Of a DNA stretch of 61,105 bases, positions 28,920 through 38,479 are shown piece after piece. Both the position numbers and the translations under genes were made by a program. The notes under the pieces are model-generated. The model ran no database searches and was not told the DNA's origin. It worked only from the letters and a program-made list of their open reading frames with translations. Positions within the stretch are counted from its first letter, which is position 1, and each line of letters opens with the position of its first letter. The stretch comes from Candidatus Melainabacteria bacterium GWF2_37_15 (GTDB lineage Bacteria; Cyanobacteriota; Vampirovibrionia; Gastranaerophilales; UBA9971), in assembly GCA_001784565.1 (NCBI GenBank), contig MFRL01000064.1:1-61105 (forward strand), written 5' to 3'.

Positions 28920-29763
28920 TATTAAAACGTTAAGTGGGCAGGAGATAGAGGAATTATCCCGGGTATCTAATAAATTACGTGAACAATGCCTTACAATGAT
29001 TCATAAAGCGCAGTCAGGTCATCCGGGCGGGACATTTTCAGCTTTGGATCTAATGCTGGTGTTATATAAAAAGGTTTTAAAACAAAGCCCAGAATGGTGT
29101 AATTGTAACGAATGGTGTAAAAGAGACAGATTCGTTTTATCAAAAGGGCACGCATCTGCTGCTTTATATTCTGTTTTAGCTAATTGCGGCTACTTTTGTG
29201 AAGATGAACTTGCTTCTTTCAGAAAGTTAGGCGGAAGGCTGCAAGGACATCCAGGCTGTAACTGTGTCCCCGGTGTAGAAATTCCGGCAGGTTCACTTGG
29301 TCAGGGTTTATCTATGGCAAACGGAATTGCAATGGCTTTAAGACTTGATAACAACCCGTCAAATGTTTTTGTTATGCTTGGTGATGGCGAATTGCAAGAG
29401 GGTCAGGTATGGGAAGCTGCAATGTCAACGTCACATTACAAGTTAAATAGCATAACTGCTATAGTAGATAGAAATCGCCTTCAAATAGATGGTGGAACAG
29501 AATCCGTAAAAGGGTTAGAGCCGCTTTCAGCAAAATGGCAAGCCTTTGGCTGGGAAGTTATTGAAATAGACGGACATGATTATCAGCAAATTTATGGCGC
29601 TTACCAGCAAGCTATAGAAAAAACGAAGCCTACTGTGATTATTGCCAATACAATAAAAGGCAAGGGTGTATCATTTATGGAAAATAATGCGGGATGGCAC
29701 GGCAGAGCCACTAATGAAGAAGAATTTATGAAAGCTGTTGAGGAATTAAGAGTAAAATGTTAA
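28912..29763 (+). CDS. tkt: Transketolase, N-terminal (TPP-binding) subunit
   Basis: SGHPGG, RDRFVLSKGH, GSLGQGL, GDGELQEG, KGKGVSFMEN; start reassigned to MSDIK (28912). Confidence 0.95.
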   Translation: MSDIKTLSGQEIEELSRVSNKLREQCLTMIHKAQSGHPGGTFSALDLMLVLYKKVLKQSPEWCNCNEWCKRDRFVLSKGHASAALYSVLANCGYFCEDELASFRKLGGRLQGHPGCNCVPGVEIPAGSLGQGLSMANGIAMALRLDNNPSNVFVMLGDGELQEGQVWEAAMSTSHYKLNSITAIVDRNRLQIDGGTESVKGLEPLSAKWQAFGWEVIEIDGHDYQQIYGAYQQAIEKTKPTVIIANTIKGKGVSFMENNAGWHGRATNEEEFMKAVEELRVKC

Positions 29764-30710
29764 CTGATAATAAACCTGTAAGCTCATTAAGGGCTGCATA
29801 TGGAGAAACACTTGTAGAATTAGGGCGTGAAAACCCGAACATTGTTGTGTTAGATGCTGATCTGTCCTGTTCTACCCAGACAATAAAGTTTCAGAAAGTA
29901 TTCCCAGAAAGATTTTTCAATATGGGAGTAGCTGAACAGGATGCTGTCGGTACAGCAGCAGGGCTGGCTTATTCCGGAAAAATTGCTTTTTTCAGCACAT
30001 TTGCGGTTTTTGCATCAGGCCGGGCATGGGATCAGGTAAGATGTTCAGTTGCACACCCTAAATTTAACGTAAAAATAGTTGCTACACATGGCGGAATAAC
30101 TGTTGGTGAGGATGGAGCAAGTCATCAGGCACTTGAAGATATAAGCTTAATGCGGTCTTTACCTAATATGAATGTTATTATACCTGCAGACAGCGTGGAA
30201 ACACGGGCTGCTGTCAGGTATGCAGCTCAAACACCCGGACCTTTTTATATAAGATTGACAAGACCCAATATGCCGGAAATATTTGATGCAAATGAGTATA
30301 AATTTACCGGTAAGGCAAGTGTTCTTGTTGAAGGGACTGATATAACTATTGCTACATATGGTGAAACAGTAGTTGAGGCATTAAAATGTGCTGAACTACT
30401 GAAAAGTAAAGGTATATCAGCAGAAATAGTCAACGTTCCTGTAATTAAGCCCCTTGATGAAACCACTATCCTCAACAGCGCTAAAAAAACAGGTGCAGTT
30501 TTAACGGTTGAGAACCATTCCATTATTGGTGGACTTGGAAGCGCTGTTTGTGAGCTGCTAAGTGAAAAAATGCCTCTTCCTGTAAAAAGGGTTGGAGTCA
30601 GGGATGAATTTGGCCAGAGCGGAAAGTATGATGAATTAATGAAAAAATACGGGCTTGTGGCTGAAGTGTTTGTTAATGATGCAATAGAATTGTATAATAT
30701 TAAGAAATAA
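29757..30710 (+). CDS. tkt: Transketolase, C-terminal subunit
   Basis: DADLSCST, GVAEQ, GEDGASHQ, IKPLD, ENHSIIGGLG. Confidence 0.95.
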   Translation: MLTDNKPVSSLRAAYGETLVELGRENPNIVVLDADLSCSTQTIKFQKVFPERFFNMGVAEQDAVGTAAGLAYSGKIAFFSTFAVFASGRAWDQVRCSVAHPKFNVKIVATHGGITVGEDGASHQALEDISLMRSLPNMNVIIPADSVETRAAVRYAAQTPGPFYIRLTRPNMPEIFDANEYKFTGKASVLVEGTDITIATYGETVVEALKCAELLKSKGISAEIVNVPVIKPLDETTILNSAKKTGAVLTVENHSIIGGLGSAVCELLSEKMPLPVKRVGVRDEFGQSGKYDELMKKYGLVAEVFVNDAIELYNIKK

Positions 30711-31387
30711 TGATAAGACTAAGAAACGTATCAAAAATATATGGAAAGCAAAAAGCTCTGGACTGTGCAGTGCTGCATATAAAACAGGGCGAATTTGTCT
30801 TCCTTGTCGGAACCAGCGGCGCAGGTAAATCCACCCTTATGCGGCTTATATACAGGGAAGAAGTGCCAACTAAAGGCCAAGTGCTGGTTGGTGGTGTTGA
30901 TGTTGCTAAACTACAAGACTATAAAGTCCATCATTTAAGAAGAAGAATGGGTATTGTTTTTCAGGACTTTAAATTATTATGTGACCAAACTGTATTTGAT
31001 AATGTTGCGTTTATTATCCGTGCGCTTGGAATGAGCGATAGGGAAATAAACAGGAGAGTGCGCGGCGCTTTAAAAATAGTAGGCCTGCATGAAAAAGCAG
31101 ACGAGCTTCCAACATGCTTGTCAGGAGGCGAACAGCAGCGAGTGGGGATTGCAAGGGCGATAGTTAATGGCCCACCCTTATTAATTGCTGATGAGCCAAC
31201 CGGAAATCTTGATCCTCAGACATCTATGGAAATAATGGAGATACTTGAACAGGTTAACAAGCGTGGAACCACAGTAATTGTTGCCACGCACGATCATATG
31301 ATTGTTAATCATATGAAAAAACGTGTAATCACTCTGGACCAGGGTAAAATAGTTAAAGATATGGACTGCGGAACTTATGAGTGCTGA
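30710..31387 (+). CDS. ftsE: Cell division ABC ATPase FtsE
   Basis: GTSGAGKST, LRRRMGIVFQDFKLL, LSGGEQQRV, ADEPTGNLDP; precedes ftsX. Confidence 0.93.
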   Translation: MIRLRNVSKIYGKQKALDCAVLHIKQGEFVFLVGTSGAGKSTLMRLIYREEVPTKGQVLVGGVDVAKLQDYKVHHLRRRMGIVFQDFKLLCDQTVFDNVAFIIRALGMSDREINRRVRGALKIVGLHEKADELPTCLSGGEQQRVGIARAIVNGPPLLIADEPTGNLDPQTSMEIMEILEQVNKRGTTVIVATHDHMIVNHMKKRVITLDQGKIVKDMDCGTYEC

Positions 31388-32228
31388 ATTAAGAATATTC
31401 ACAAGAATCATAGGAGAAACATTCAAGGGTATCAAAAGAACCCGTTGGATGAATTTGATTATTATAACGACCATGGCAGCTATATTGAGTATGTTTGGTT
31501 GCCTTTTCCGCACAAGCTTATTTATTGCCAACTTTGTTAATGAGCTTGGTAATTCTATGGAGGTATCCATATATTTAAAGCAAGGAAAAAATCCTGAAAA
31601 TGTCAAAGAGGAAATACTTAAATATAAAAATATAAAAAGCATAAAAATTATAACGAAACAACAAGCCTGGGAAGGCTTAAAAAGCCAAATGGATTTACCA
31701 GATATGGGCAATCCTCTTCCTGATACGATTCGGGTAAAACTAGTCGATCGCTCAGAAATTGATGAATTTATTAAGAATGTAAAAAAAATTCAGGCAGTTG
31801 AAGAAGTGCAATACGCAAAGCAACTTGCTGATCACATCAGCACTGCAGGTTATTATGCAAACATTGCAGCTCTTATAATTATAATTTTGCTAAGCGGGCT
31901 TACATTTTTTATAATAAATAACACCATTCACCTTGTTATAGAATCCAAAAAGCAGGAAATAGAAATAATGCTGATGATGGGCGTGTCTAACTGGTATATA
32001 AAAGCGCCGTATATTTTGCAGGGAGCGTTTTACGGCTTTTGGGCAGGCACACTGGCTATTATTCCATTATTAGTACTTAGTTACTACTTGAAAAAGCTTG
32101 CTGATTTTTTCTATATAGATTACCTTTTCTTAAATACAAATATAGTAATACTTGCGATTATTCTTGCGGGAATAGCTGTGGGTGCGATTGGAAGTACGAT
32201 TTCTGTGAGAAAATATTTAAAGGTATAA
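31377..32228 (+). CDS. ftsX: Cell division permease FtsX
   Basis: NPLPD, INNTI.L...EIEIM..MG...YI..PY, 4 TM, ends SVRKYLKV. Confidence 0.93.
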   Translation: MSAELRIFTRIIGETFKGIKRTRWMNLIIITTMAAILSMFGCLFRTSLFIANFVNELGNSMEVSIYLKQGKNPENVKEEILKYKNIKSIKIITKQQAWEGLKSQMDLPDMGNPLPDTIRVKLVDRSEIDEFIKNVKKIQAVEEVQYAKQLADHISTAGYYANIAALIIIILLSGLTFFIINNTIHLVIESKKQEIEIMLMMGVSNWYIKAPYILQGAFYGFWAGTLAIIPLLVLSYYLKKLADFFYIDYLFLNTNIVILAIILAGIAVGAIGSTISVRKYLKV

Positions 32229-32284
32229 GTATTACACTATTGATCTTTTGTAATAAGTGTATAATAATTAATTTGCTTAATTAA

Positions 32285-32358
32285 GGCTTAGTAGCTCAGT
32301 TGGTTAGAGCACGTGGCTCATACCCGCGGGGTCGCTGGTTCAACTCCAGCCTAAGCCA
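32285..32358 (+). tRNA. tRNA-Met(CAT), probably elongator (Ile2 not fully excluded); CCA not encoded
   Basis: Cloverleaf: acceptor GGCTTAG/CTAAGCC, D-arm GCTC/GAGC, anticodon arm CGTGG-CTCATAC-CCGCG, T-arm GCTGG-TTCAACT-CCAGC, discriminator A; G1-C72 pair argues against initiator. Confidence 0.93.
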
Positions 32359-32386
32359 TTTTTTATTGGATAAAAAGGGTTTTCAT

Positions 32387-32800
32387 ATGAAGTTTCACAC
32401 AGAATACCTATGGTTCAACACTAAAAAACACAGGGAATACATAAACATAACAAGTGAAATAGCTAAAATTTTGAGGAAAAGCAACGTAAAAGAAGGAATG
32501 ATACTCGTTTCTGCAATGCATATAACAGCAGGTGTCTATGTTAACGATGCGGAAAGCGGGCTAATAGCAGATATTGACGAATGGCTGGAGAACCTTGCCC
32601 CATTTAATATTAATTACAGGCATCATATGACAGGAGAAACAAACGGGGATGCGTACCTTAAAAGCCTCTTGGTCGGCCATGAAGTTATAGTCCCTGTTAC
32701 TAATGGAAAACTTGACCTCGGTCCCTGGCAGCAAATTTACTATGCCGAATTCGACGGACAGAGGAAAAAACGCCTGATTGTAAAGGTTATGGGGGAATAA
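32387..32800 (+). CDS. yjbQ: YjbQ/UPF0047 family protein
   Basis: [34 protein letters not shown]; start reassigned to MKFHTE because the track ORF begins inside the tRNA. Confidence 0.92.
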   Translation: MKFHTEYLWFNTKKHREYINITSEIAKILRKSNVKEGMILVSAMHITAGVYVNDAESGLIADIDEWLENLAPFNINYRHHMTGETNGDAYLKSLLVGHEVIVPVTNGKLDLGPWQQIYYAEFDGQRKKRLIVKVMGE

Positions 32801-32803
32801 TTT

Positions 32804-33343
32804 ATGTTAAATACTGAAAATTCACTGATTTTAATAGTCGATCTACAGGAAAAACTGGTAAATATGCTGGAAACGGACACCATATCCGGCAAGGCAGCAA
32901 AATTACTCAAAGCTGCAGGGATTTTGGGAATTCCATGTATTATCTCTGAACAATACCCAAAAGGCCTTGGATCAACCATTAAAGAGTTAAAACATGAAAC
33001 CACAGATAAAACAGTGTTTTTTGAAAAAACCGCATTCAGCGCAATGCAGGAAAGCGGTTTTAAAGCGGTTTTAAAGGATTTTAAAAGAAAAAATATCATT
33101 ATATGCGGGATTGAGGCTCATGTTTGTGTTTATCAAACAGTGGCTGACCTGATTGCCGAGGGCTATGAAGTTGAAATAGTTCAGGACATAACCGCTTCTC
33201 GAAATGAATTTGAATTCCAGATCGGTATGGAAAAAATGAAGCAGTTGGGCGCTAAAATTACTTCTTTAGAGATAGTTTTATTTGAGCTTATAAAAACATC
33301 AAAACACCCGCATTTTAAAGAGATACAGGGTTTAATTAAGTAA
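32804..33343 (+). CDS. Isochorismatase-family hydrolase
   Basis: IVDLQEKL, EQYPKGLGST, EKTAFSA, GIEAHVCVYQT. Confidence 0.92.
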   Translation: MLNTENSLILIVDLQEKLVNMLETDTISGKAAKLLKAAGILGIPCIISEQYPKGLGSTIKELKHETTDKTVFFEKTAFSAMQESGFKAVLKDFKRKNIIICGIEAHVCVYQTVADLIAEGYEVEIVQDITASRNEFEFQIGMEKMKQLGAKITSLEIVLFELIKTSKHPHFKEIQGLIK

Positions 33344-33349
33344 TTTAAA

Positions 33350-33709
33350 TTAAAATTTCGGCAACAGCTTTAAATTATTGAATTGATAGTTGGAATTACG
33401 CTCTTGTTCCACCCAAATCTGAAGGATTTCCTTATTACATAAGTTATTATCAGCTTCTTTTTTAGAAATCACGGCATATTCAAAATCGTAAAACTCAATT
33501 TGCTCTTTTTTTTCGGTATAACACTCTGAGGTTCCGCATTTTATGCAGTATTTACTTCTTGGAACCACTGAATTAAAAACCACGCCTGCTTGCCTTTTAG
33601 ATTGGCAGCATGAACATCTCAAAATAAGCCATGAAATTTCTATTTTTTTACCGCAATCCGGACAAAAATTTCCCGCAGAAAACGGAGTAATATTTTTATG
33701 CTTACACAT
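33350..33709 (-). CDS. Double zinc-ribbon protein
   Basis: C.H...FCPDCG, RCSCC, YCIKCG motifs. Confidence 0.7.
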   Translation of the reverse strand: MCKHKNITPFSAGNFCPDCGKKIEISWLILRCSCCQSKRQAGVVFNSVVPRSKYCIKCGTSECYTEKKEQIEFYDFEYAVISKKEADNNLCNKEILQIWVEQERNSNYQFNNLKLLPKF

Positions 33710-33741
33710 AGTAAAAGATCATAATAATTTTTACTTAAAAT

Positions 33742-34050
33742 TCAAAGTTTTTCGTAAATGTTATAAATCTTTTTCTTCTTAATTCCAAACAATTTTAAAA
33801 TGAAATCTTTCGCTTTATTAAAATAACTTTGTATTGTTTGCATTAACTTCTTCTCTTCATCAATGCTTTCAGCTTCCGGGTGTGCAGCGTGACTAAATGT
33901 CACTTCATCGAGTTTTTCCGGCGGTTTTTCTTCTCCCTGGCCTCTATTGCTAAAATACCCGGTATTCGATTTAGAACCACCATCATTTGCAAGGTTTATG
34001 GCGGAATCTACTTTATTGGTTGATGCTGGTTTAATAGGCAATAAATCCAT
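33742..34050 (-). CDS. Hypothetical protein
   Basis: 102 aa, AAGGTG RBS; polar N-terminus and DEVTFS motif. Confidence 0.65.
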   Translation of the reverse strand: MDLLPIKPASTNKVDSAINLANDGGSKSNTGYFSNRGQGEEKPPEKLDEVTFSHAAHPEAESIDEEKKLMQTIQSYFNKAKDFILKLFGIKKKKIYNIYEKL

Positions 34051-34214
34051 TTTACACCTTTAAGTATTTAATTTTTTACAATAATACTCCTTATTCATAT
34101 AAAAACATTATACACCAGGATAATCTCTTTTTGAACAGTTACAAAAGTTAATGTTAATTTATGTAAATAAAAATAAAATTTTACTTAAAGTAAGGAAAAT
34201 TTACTTAAAAACAC

Positions 34215-34243
34215 TTGAAAACATATCCACGATATGATATCAT
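34215..34243 (+). promoter_or_regulatory. Sigma70 promoter of the candidate ncRNA
   Basis: TTGAAA-N17-TATCAT with an extended -10 TG. Confidence 0.65.
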
Positions 34244-34249
34244 TATATC

Positions 34250-34485
34250 AAAGAGAGTTGGATTTTGGGGTCGGTGGGACTTACCTCACTTTTGGTTTTC
34301 TTAAACAGGTGAATAGCTATTATTCCTGACCTCAAGGCAAAGGATAAAGCCCGGGGTCAACTAACTTAAACAAATAACAATAACTCCGGGCGATACCCGA
34401 TGTTTTGTGGTGAAATAAAAACTAAATAATAAGCAAGAAATGGAAATTAGGTAAGGCGCCTTAAGCAAGTGCCTTACTTCTATTG
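34250..34485 (+). ncRNA. Candidate structured ncRNA or leader RNA upstream of nrdJ
   Basis: Lies between a promoter and a terminator; stems 34265-74/34326-35 and 34349-57/34383-91 with G-U pairs only on the + strand; no convincing ORF. Confidence 0.5.
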
Positions 34486-34488
34486 TTT
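34451..34488 (+). terminator. Intrinsic terminator
   Basis: GTAAGGCGC-cttaagcaa-GTGCCTTAC followed by TTCTATTGTTT. Confidence 0.65.
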
Positions 34489-34495
34489 ATTAATA

Positions 34496-34672
34496 CCCGA
34501 CGTGGTAATCTGTCCAACTTGGATATAAACTGTGGGTCGGAGCCTGCACTGAGCGCAGCGTGAGTGACCCACTTAGATAGATTCTCACGTCGGGCGAAAA
34601 CTAATTATTTTATTTTCATTCCTGATTATTTGTTCACCCTCCTCAGAATGACAATTTGGGATAGGGTTGGTG
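34496..34672. repeat. REP/MITE-like element, copy B
   Basis: Shares TAAACTGTGGGTC..CACTTAGA.AGATTCTCACGTCGGGCGAAAA..TTTCATTCCTGAT..CCCTCCTCAGAA.GACA..GGTTGGTG with 16903-17038; CCCGACGTGGTAATCT at its left end pairs with AGATTCTCACGTCGGG. Confidence 0.8.
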
Positions 34673-34780
34673 CTGAGTAGTTAACCGATGTGACAACTAT
34701 AAATAATTGTTAAGCATTTAAACTTCCATCTCAATTTGTAATATAATATGCATAGCTACTAAATTAGGGGAGGCAAGTCT

Positions 34781-37141
34781 GTGACATCAAATACGTCAAA
34801 AACTTTAGAAACTGTAAAACTCAGTGAGAACGCTCATACAGTACTGAGCAAAAGATATTTAAAAAGAGATAAAGAAGGAAATCCTATAGAAACGCCGGAA
34901 ACGATGTTTTGGAGAGTTGCTGAAACTATTGCGCAGGCTGATAAAAACTTCGGCAAAAATGATGCTGAAGTCGACAAAACTACTGAAGAATTTTATGAAA
35001 TAATGGCGAAATTGTGCTTTATGCCAAACAGTCCTACCTTAATGAACGCCGGCAGGGAGTTAGGGCAGTTATCAGCATGCTTTGTGCTGCCGGTAGAAGA
35101 CTCCCTTGAACAAATATTTGAAACAATCAAAAATACAGCAATGATTCACAAAAGTGGCGGCGGGACAGGTTTCTCTTTCTCAAGATTACGTCCTAAAAAT
35201 GACATAGTTAAATCAACAATGGGTGTTTCCTCGGGCCCTGTTTCCTTTATTGAAGTATTTAACGCAGCAACAGAAGCCGTAAAACAAGGCGGAACACGCC
35301 GCGGTGCGAATATGGCAATTTTAAGGGTGGATCACCCTGATATACTCGACTTTATCAACGCCAAGTTCGAAGGTAACAAGCTCACAAACTTCAACCTCTC
35401 GGTTGGCATTACAGATAAATTTATGGAAGCTGTAAAAAGCAATGAAGAGTACGATCTAATCCATCCAAACTCCAAAAAATCCATTAAAAAGCTTAAAGCA
35501 AGAGAAGTGTTCAACCTGATTGTTGACCACGCGTGGAGAAACGGGGAGCCAGGAATCGTATTCCTCGATAAAGTAAACAAATACAACCCTACACCAAAGC
35601 TTGGTGAAATAGAATCAACTAACCCCTGCGGAGAAGTACCGCTGTTGCCTTATGAAGCCTGCAATCTGGGCTCAATCAACCTTGCAAAAATGGTTAAATA
35701 TGTTGATAATAAGCCTGAAGTTGACTGGGAAAAGCTGGAAAAAGTTACCAGACTTGCAACTCATTTCCTTGATAATGTGATTGAAGCTAACCATTACCCC
35801 TTACCTAAAATCAGGGATATGGTGAACGGAAACAGGAAAGTAGGGCTTGGCCTTATGGGATGGGCTGATTTACTAATGATACTGAACGTGCCTTATAATT
35901 CAGAAGAAGGCACAAACCTTGCTAATCAAGTGATAGAAGTTATCGATTATAATTCCAAATTAGAATCTTTAGAACTTTCAAAACAAAGAGGCAAATTCCC
36001 GAATTTTGAAGGTAGCGTTTATGAAAACGGTAATTTCCTTTATGAAAAATATAGAGGCAAATCCGGCGGGAAAATATCTGATGATGCGTGGAAATACCTT
36101 GATGAACAGATTAAAGAGTACGGCATAAGAAATGCTACAACTACATGTATTGCTCCAACCGGCACTATAAGTATGATAGCAGGCTCTTCCTGCGGAATTG
36201 AACCCTTGTTTGCTCTTGTTTTCTCGAGACATATAATGGATGGAGCCACCCTTTTTGAAGTAAATCCTATATTTGAATATGTTGCAAAAGAAAGAGAGTT
36301 TTATTCACAGGAATTACTGGCTAAAATTTCTCAAAATAGCGGTACAGTTCACGGTATAAATGAAGTCCCCGAAGATATACGACGGGTATTTGTGACAGCG
36401 CACGAAATATCACCTGAGTGGCACGTAAAAATGCAGGCTGCATTCCAATTACACACTGACAATGCTGTTTCCAAGACTGTTAATTTTGAAGAAGACGCTA
36501 CAAGGGAGGATATAGCGAAAACTTACCTGCTTGCGTATGAATCTGACTTAAAAGGCATTACTGTTTACCGCAATAACAGCCGCTTTAACCAGGCAATGCA
36601 ACTAAAATCAGATAAAAAAGATGAAAAGAAAACCGATGAGAATGAAACTAAATGTCACTCAGAATCAGACAAAAAAGTATTAACACCAAGAGAACGACCT
36701 TCACTTACAAAAGGAATAACAGATAAAAGTCTGACAGGCTGCGGACCTATTTACGTAACAATAAATAGCGACGAAGCAGGACTTTGTGAGGTATTTGCAA
36801 GGATAGGCAAATCAGGGGGATGCGCTACCAGCCAGGCTGAAGCTACAGGTAGAATGATTTCCTTGGCCTTAAGAGCAGGCGTTGATGTTGAATCAATAAT
36901 AGAACAGTTAAAAGGTATCAGATGTCCAGCTCCATCGTTCGGCAAAGGCGGAGTGATTTTATCCTGTTCAGATGCAATTGCAAAAGTTCTTGAAAGAAAT
37001 CTCGGCACAAACTCTGAAGAAAATGGCACATGCAAACTGGACACAGGTTTATGCCCCGAGTGTCCTGAATGCGGGGCAATGCTTGAATTTAAAGAAGGGT
37101 GTGCTATGTGCTCAAGCTGCGGGTTTTCAAGGTGCAGCTAA
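34781..37141 (+). CDS. nrdJ: Class II (adenosylcobalamin-dependent) ribonucleotide reductase with C-terminal TSCPD/Zn-ribbon domain
   Basis: PNSPTLMNAG, LSACFV, QGGTRRGANM, TNPCGE, ACNLGS, IAPTGT, KGITVYR; C-terminal SCSDAI..CPECG..C.SCG. Confidence 0.95.
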   Translation: MTSNTSKTLETVKLSENAHTVLSKRYLKRDKEGNPIETPETMFWRVAETIAQADKNFGKNDAEVDKTTEEFYEIMAKLCFMPNSPTLMNAGRELGQLSACFVLPVEDSLEQIFETIKNTAMIHKSGGGTGFSFSRLRPKNDIVKSTMGVSSGPVSFIEVFNAATEAVKQGGTRRGANMAILRVDHPDILDFINAKFEGNKLTNFNLSVGITDKFMEAVKSNEEYDLIHPNSKKSIKKLKAREVFNLIVDHAWRNGEPGIVFLDKVNKYNPTPKLGEIESTNPCGEVPLLPYEACNLGSINLAKMVKYVDNKPEVDWEKLEKVTRLATHFLDNVIEANHYPLPKIRDMVNGNRKVGLGLMGWADLLMILNVPYNSEEGTNLANQVIEVIDYNSKLESLELSKQRGKFPNFEGSVYENGNFLYEKYRGKSGGKISDDAWKYLDEQIKEYGIRNATTTCIAPTGTISMIAGSSCGIEPLFALVFSRHIMDGATLFEVNPIFEYVAKEREFYSQELLAKISQNSGTVHGINEVPEDIRRVFVTAHEISPEWHVKMQAAFQLHTDNAVSKTVNFEEDATREDIAKTYLLAYESDLKGITVYRNNSRFNQAMQLKSDKKDEKKTDENETKCHSESDKKVLTPRERPSLTKGITDKSLTGCGPIYVTINSDEAGLCEVFARIGKSGGCATSQAEATGRMISLALRAGVDVESIIEQLKGIRCPAPSFGKGGVILSCSDAIAKVLERNLGTNSEENGTCKLDTGLCPECPECGAMLEFKEGCAMCSSCGFSRCS

Positions 37142-37152
37142 GAAGAAAAATA

Positions 37153-37455
37153 TTATCTAAACAATATTTTCCCTACAAGAAAGCCTATAGCGATAGCGCC
37201 AAGAAGACTTTTGCCAGGGTTATTTCTAACCATCACTGATACATCTTCTTTAATTGTATTTACATTTTTGTTTCTAAAGAATTCTGCTGTGGATTTCATT
37301 TTATCAGCAGCCTGGTCGAGCCTGTCAGCTGTGTTAACCATTAAATCATTAATGTTAGCGCTAACCTGTTCTTCCATTTCGCACGCTTTCTTTTTAAACT
37401 GTTCTGCTTTTTCTATAAGATTATTCTGCATTTCCTGATAGTTTTGTGCATCCAT
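37153..37455 (-). CDS. DUF883/ElaB-like tail-anchored membrane protein
   Basis: Coiled N-terminus and VRNNPGKSLLGAIAIGFLVG C-terminus; likely start MDAQ behind AAAGGAG. Confidence 0.75.
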   Translation of the reverse strand: MDAQNYQEMQNNLIEKAEQFKKKACEMEEQVSANINDLMVNTADRLDQAADKMKSTAEFFRNKNVNTIKEDVSVMVRNNPGKSLLGAIAIGFLVGKILFR

Positions 37456-37560
37456 AATAACCACTCCTTTTGTATACAAATACTATTATCTGTTATTTAA
37501 AAATAAATTGTACTAGTTAATTTACCTAATAACACATAATTATACAGGAAATATAGTTCA

Positions 37561-37797
37561 TTAATCCTTTTCATAAGGGGAATAATTAAATGGAAGTCTT
37601 TGATTAATAAAATACGCTGCTAATTTTATATCATTTTCTTTAGAACCAGTTTTTTTGATTTCTATTTCATCATAACCAATACCAGCACTTATCCCCATTT
37701 TTCGTAATTCCATTTCTTCACAAACTTGAATTTGTTCTTTAGTTTTATGTGAACCTTCTCTTTGTGCAACAAAAGAACCTTTAAAAACAAAATTTAC
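37561..37797 (-). pseudogene. Start-less 78-codon ORF relic, or a 49-aa ORF from an internal ATG
   Basis: VNFVFKGSFVAQREGSHKTKEQIQVCEEMELRKMGISAGIGYDEIEIKKTGSKENDIKLAAYFINQRLPFNYSPYEKD*; its 5' end abuts the tmk stop codon. Confidence 0.4.
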
Positions 37798-38474
37798 CTA
37801 ATAACGCCGGAATCCATAAACTCCTTGATTGCCTTGCGCATTTTGGTTTGTACAGCTTCTATACTTAATGTTCCATCAATTGTTTCAAAATTATACTCTT
37901 TTTCCATCTTGGAATATTCGGAAATAATTTTTCTCTGGTAAATTTTAAAGCTTTCATAAAAATCAGTACTCAGCCCAATATCACGTCCTGATTCATAATA
38001 ATCAAGTCCGCTTGAGGCAATAATCCTCTTAAGTAGAATCTCAACAGGCATATTCAGGTAGAATACAAGATCAGGCTCCGGCGCAAAATCATACAGCCTT
38101 CTTATCCACTCGGGACTAACGCCCCTTACAACATCACGCGCATAAGCTGTATATGTGTATCTATCCGTTAAAACTATCAATCCTGCTTTTAATGCCGGGA
38201 GGATGACATGTTCAAGCCTGTCTGCAAAGTCCGAGGCATATAAAAGACTAAAAGTGTATGCATGCAGCAGGTTTCTTTCTTTTGCCAGGTCAATTGCGTT
38301 TGCGATCAGGCTGGATGTTTTCCATTCGCTGATAACAACTCCATAACCTTCAATTGCAAGCCAAGAGCGCAATCTTTCGATTTGTGTCGTTCTTCCTGCT
38401 CCATCTGTGCCTTCTATTGATATTAAAAGACCGGGATACCCTTTTTCTGATTGATTTCTTAGTTCTCTTTTCAT
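37794..38474 (-). CDS. tmk: Thymidylate kinase-like protein 2 (variant P-loop GTDGAGRTT)
   Basis: IEGTDGAGRTTQ, DFADR, DRYTYTAYARD, PDLVFYL. Confidence 0.85.
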   Translation of the reverse strand: MKRELRNQSEKGYPGLLISIEGTDGAGRTTQIERLRSWLAIEGYGVVISEWKTSSLIANAIDLAKERNLLHAYTFSLLYASDFADRLEHVILPALKAGLIVLTDRYTYTAYARDVVRGVSPEWIRRLYDFAPEPDLVFYLNMPVEILLKRIIASSGLDYYESGRDIGLSTDFYESFKIYQRKIISEYSKMEKEYNFETIDGTLSIEAVQTKMRKAIKEFMDSGVIR

Positions 38475-38479
38475 AAATC

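Noticed and set aside
32300-32386. N-terminal extension of YjbQ in the ORF track
   Set aside because: Overlaps the tRNA; the ATG at 32387 gives the normal length.
34250-34780. Cobalamin riboswitch or NrdR boxes upstream of nrdJ
   Set aside because: No B12-box/GGGAA...GCCCCCGCAACTGT core and no convincing NrdR palindrome.
36652-36668. TGTCACTCAGAATC (CHSES) in the nrdJ linker as a repeat-element remnant
   Set aside because: Match too short to distinguish from chance.
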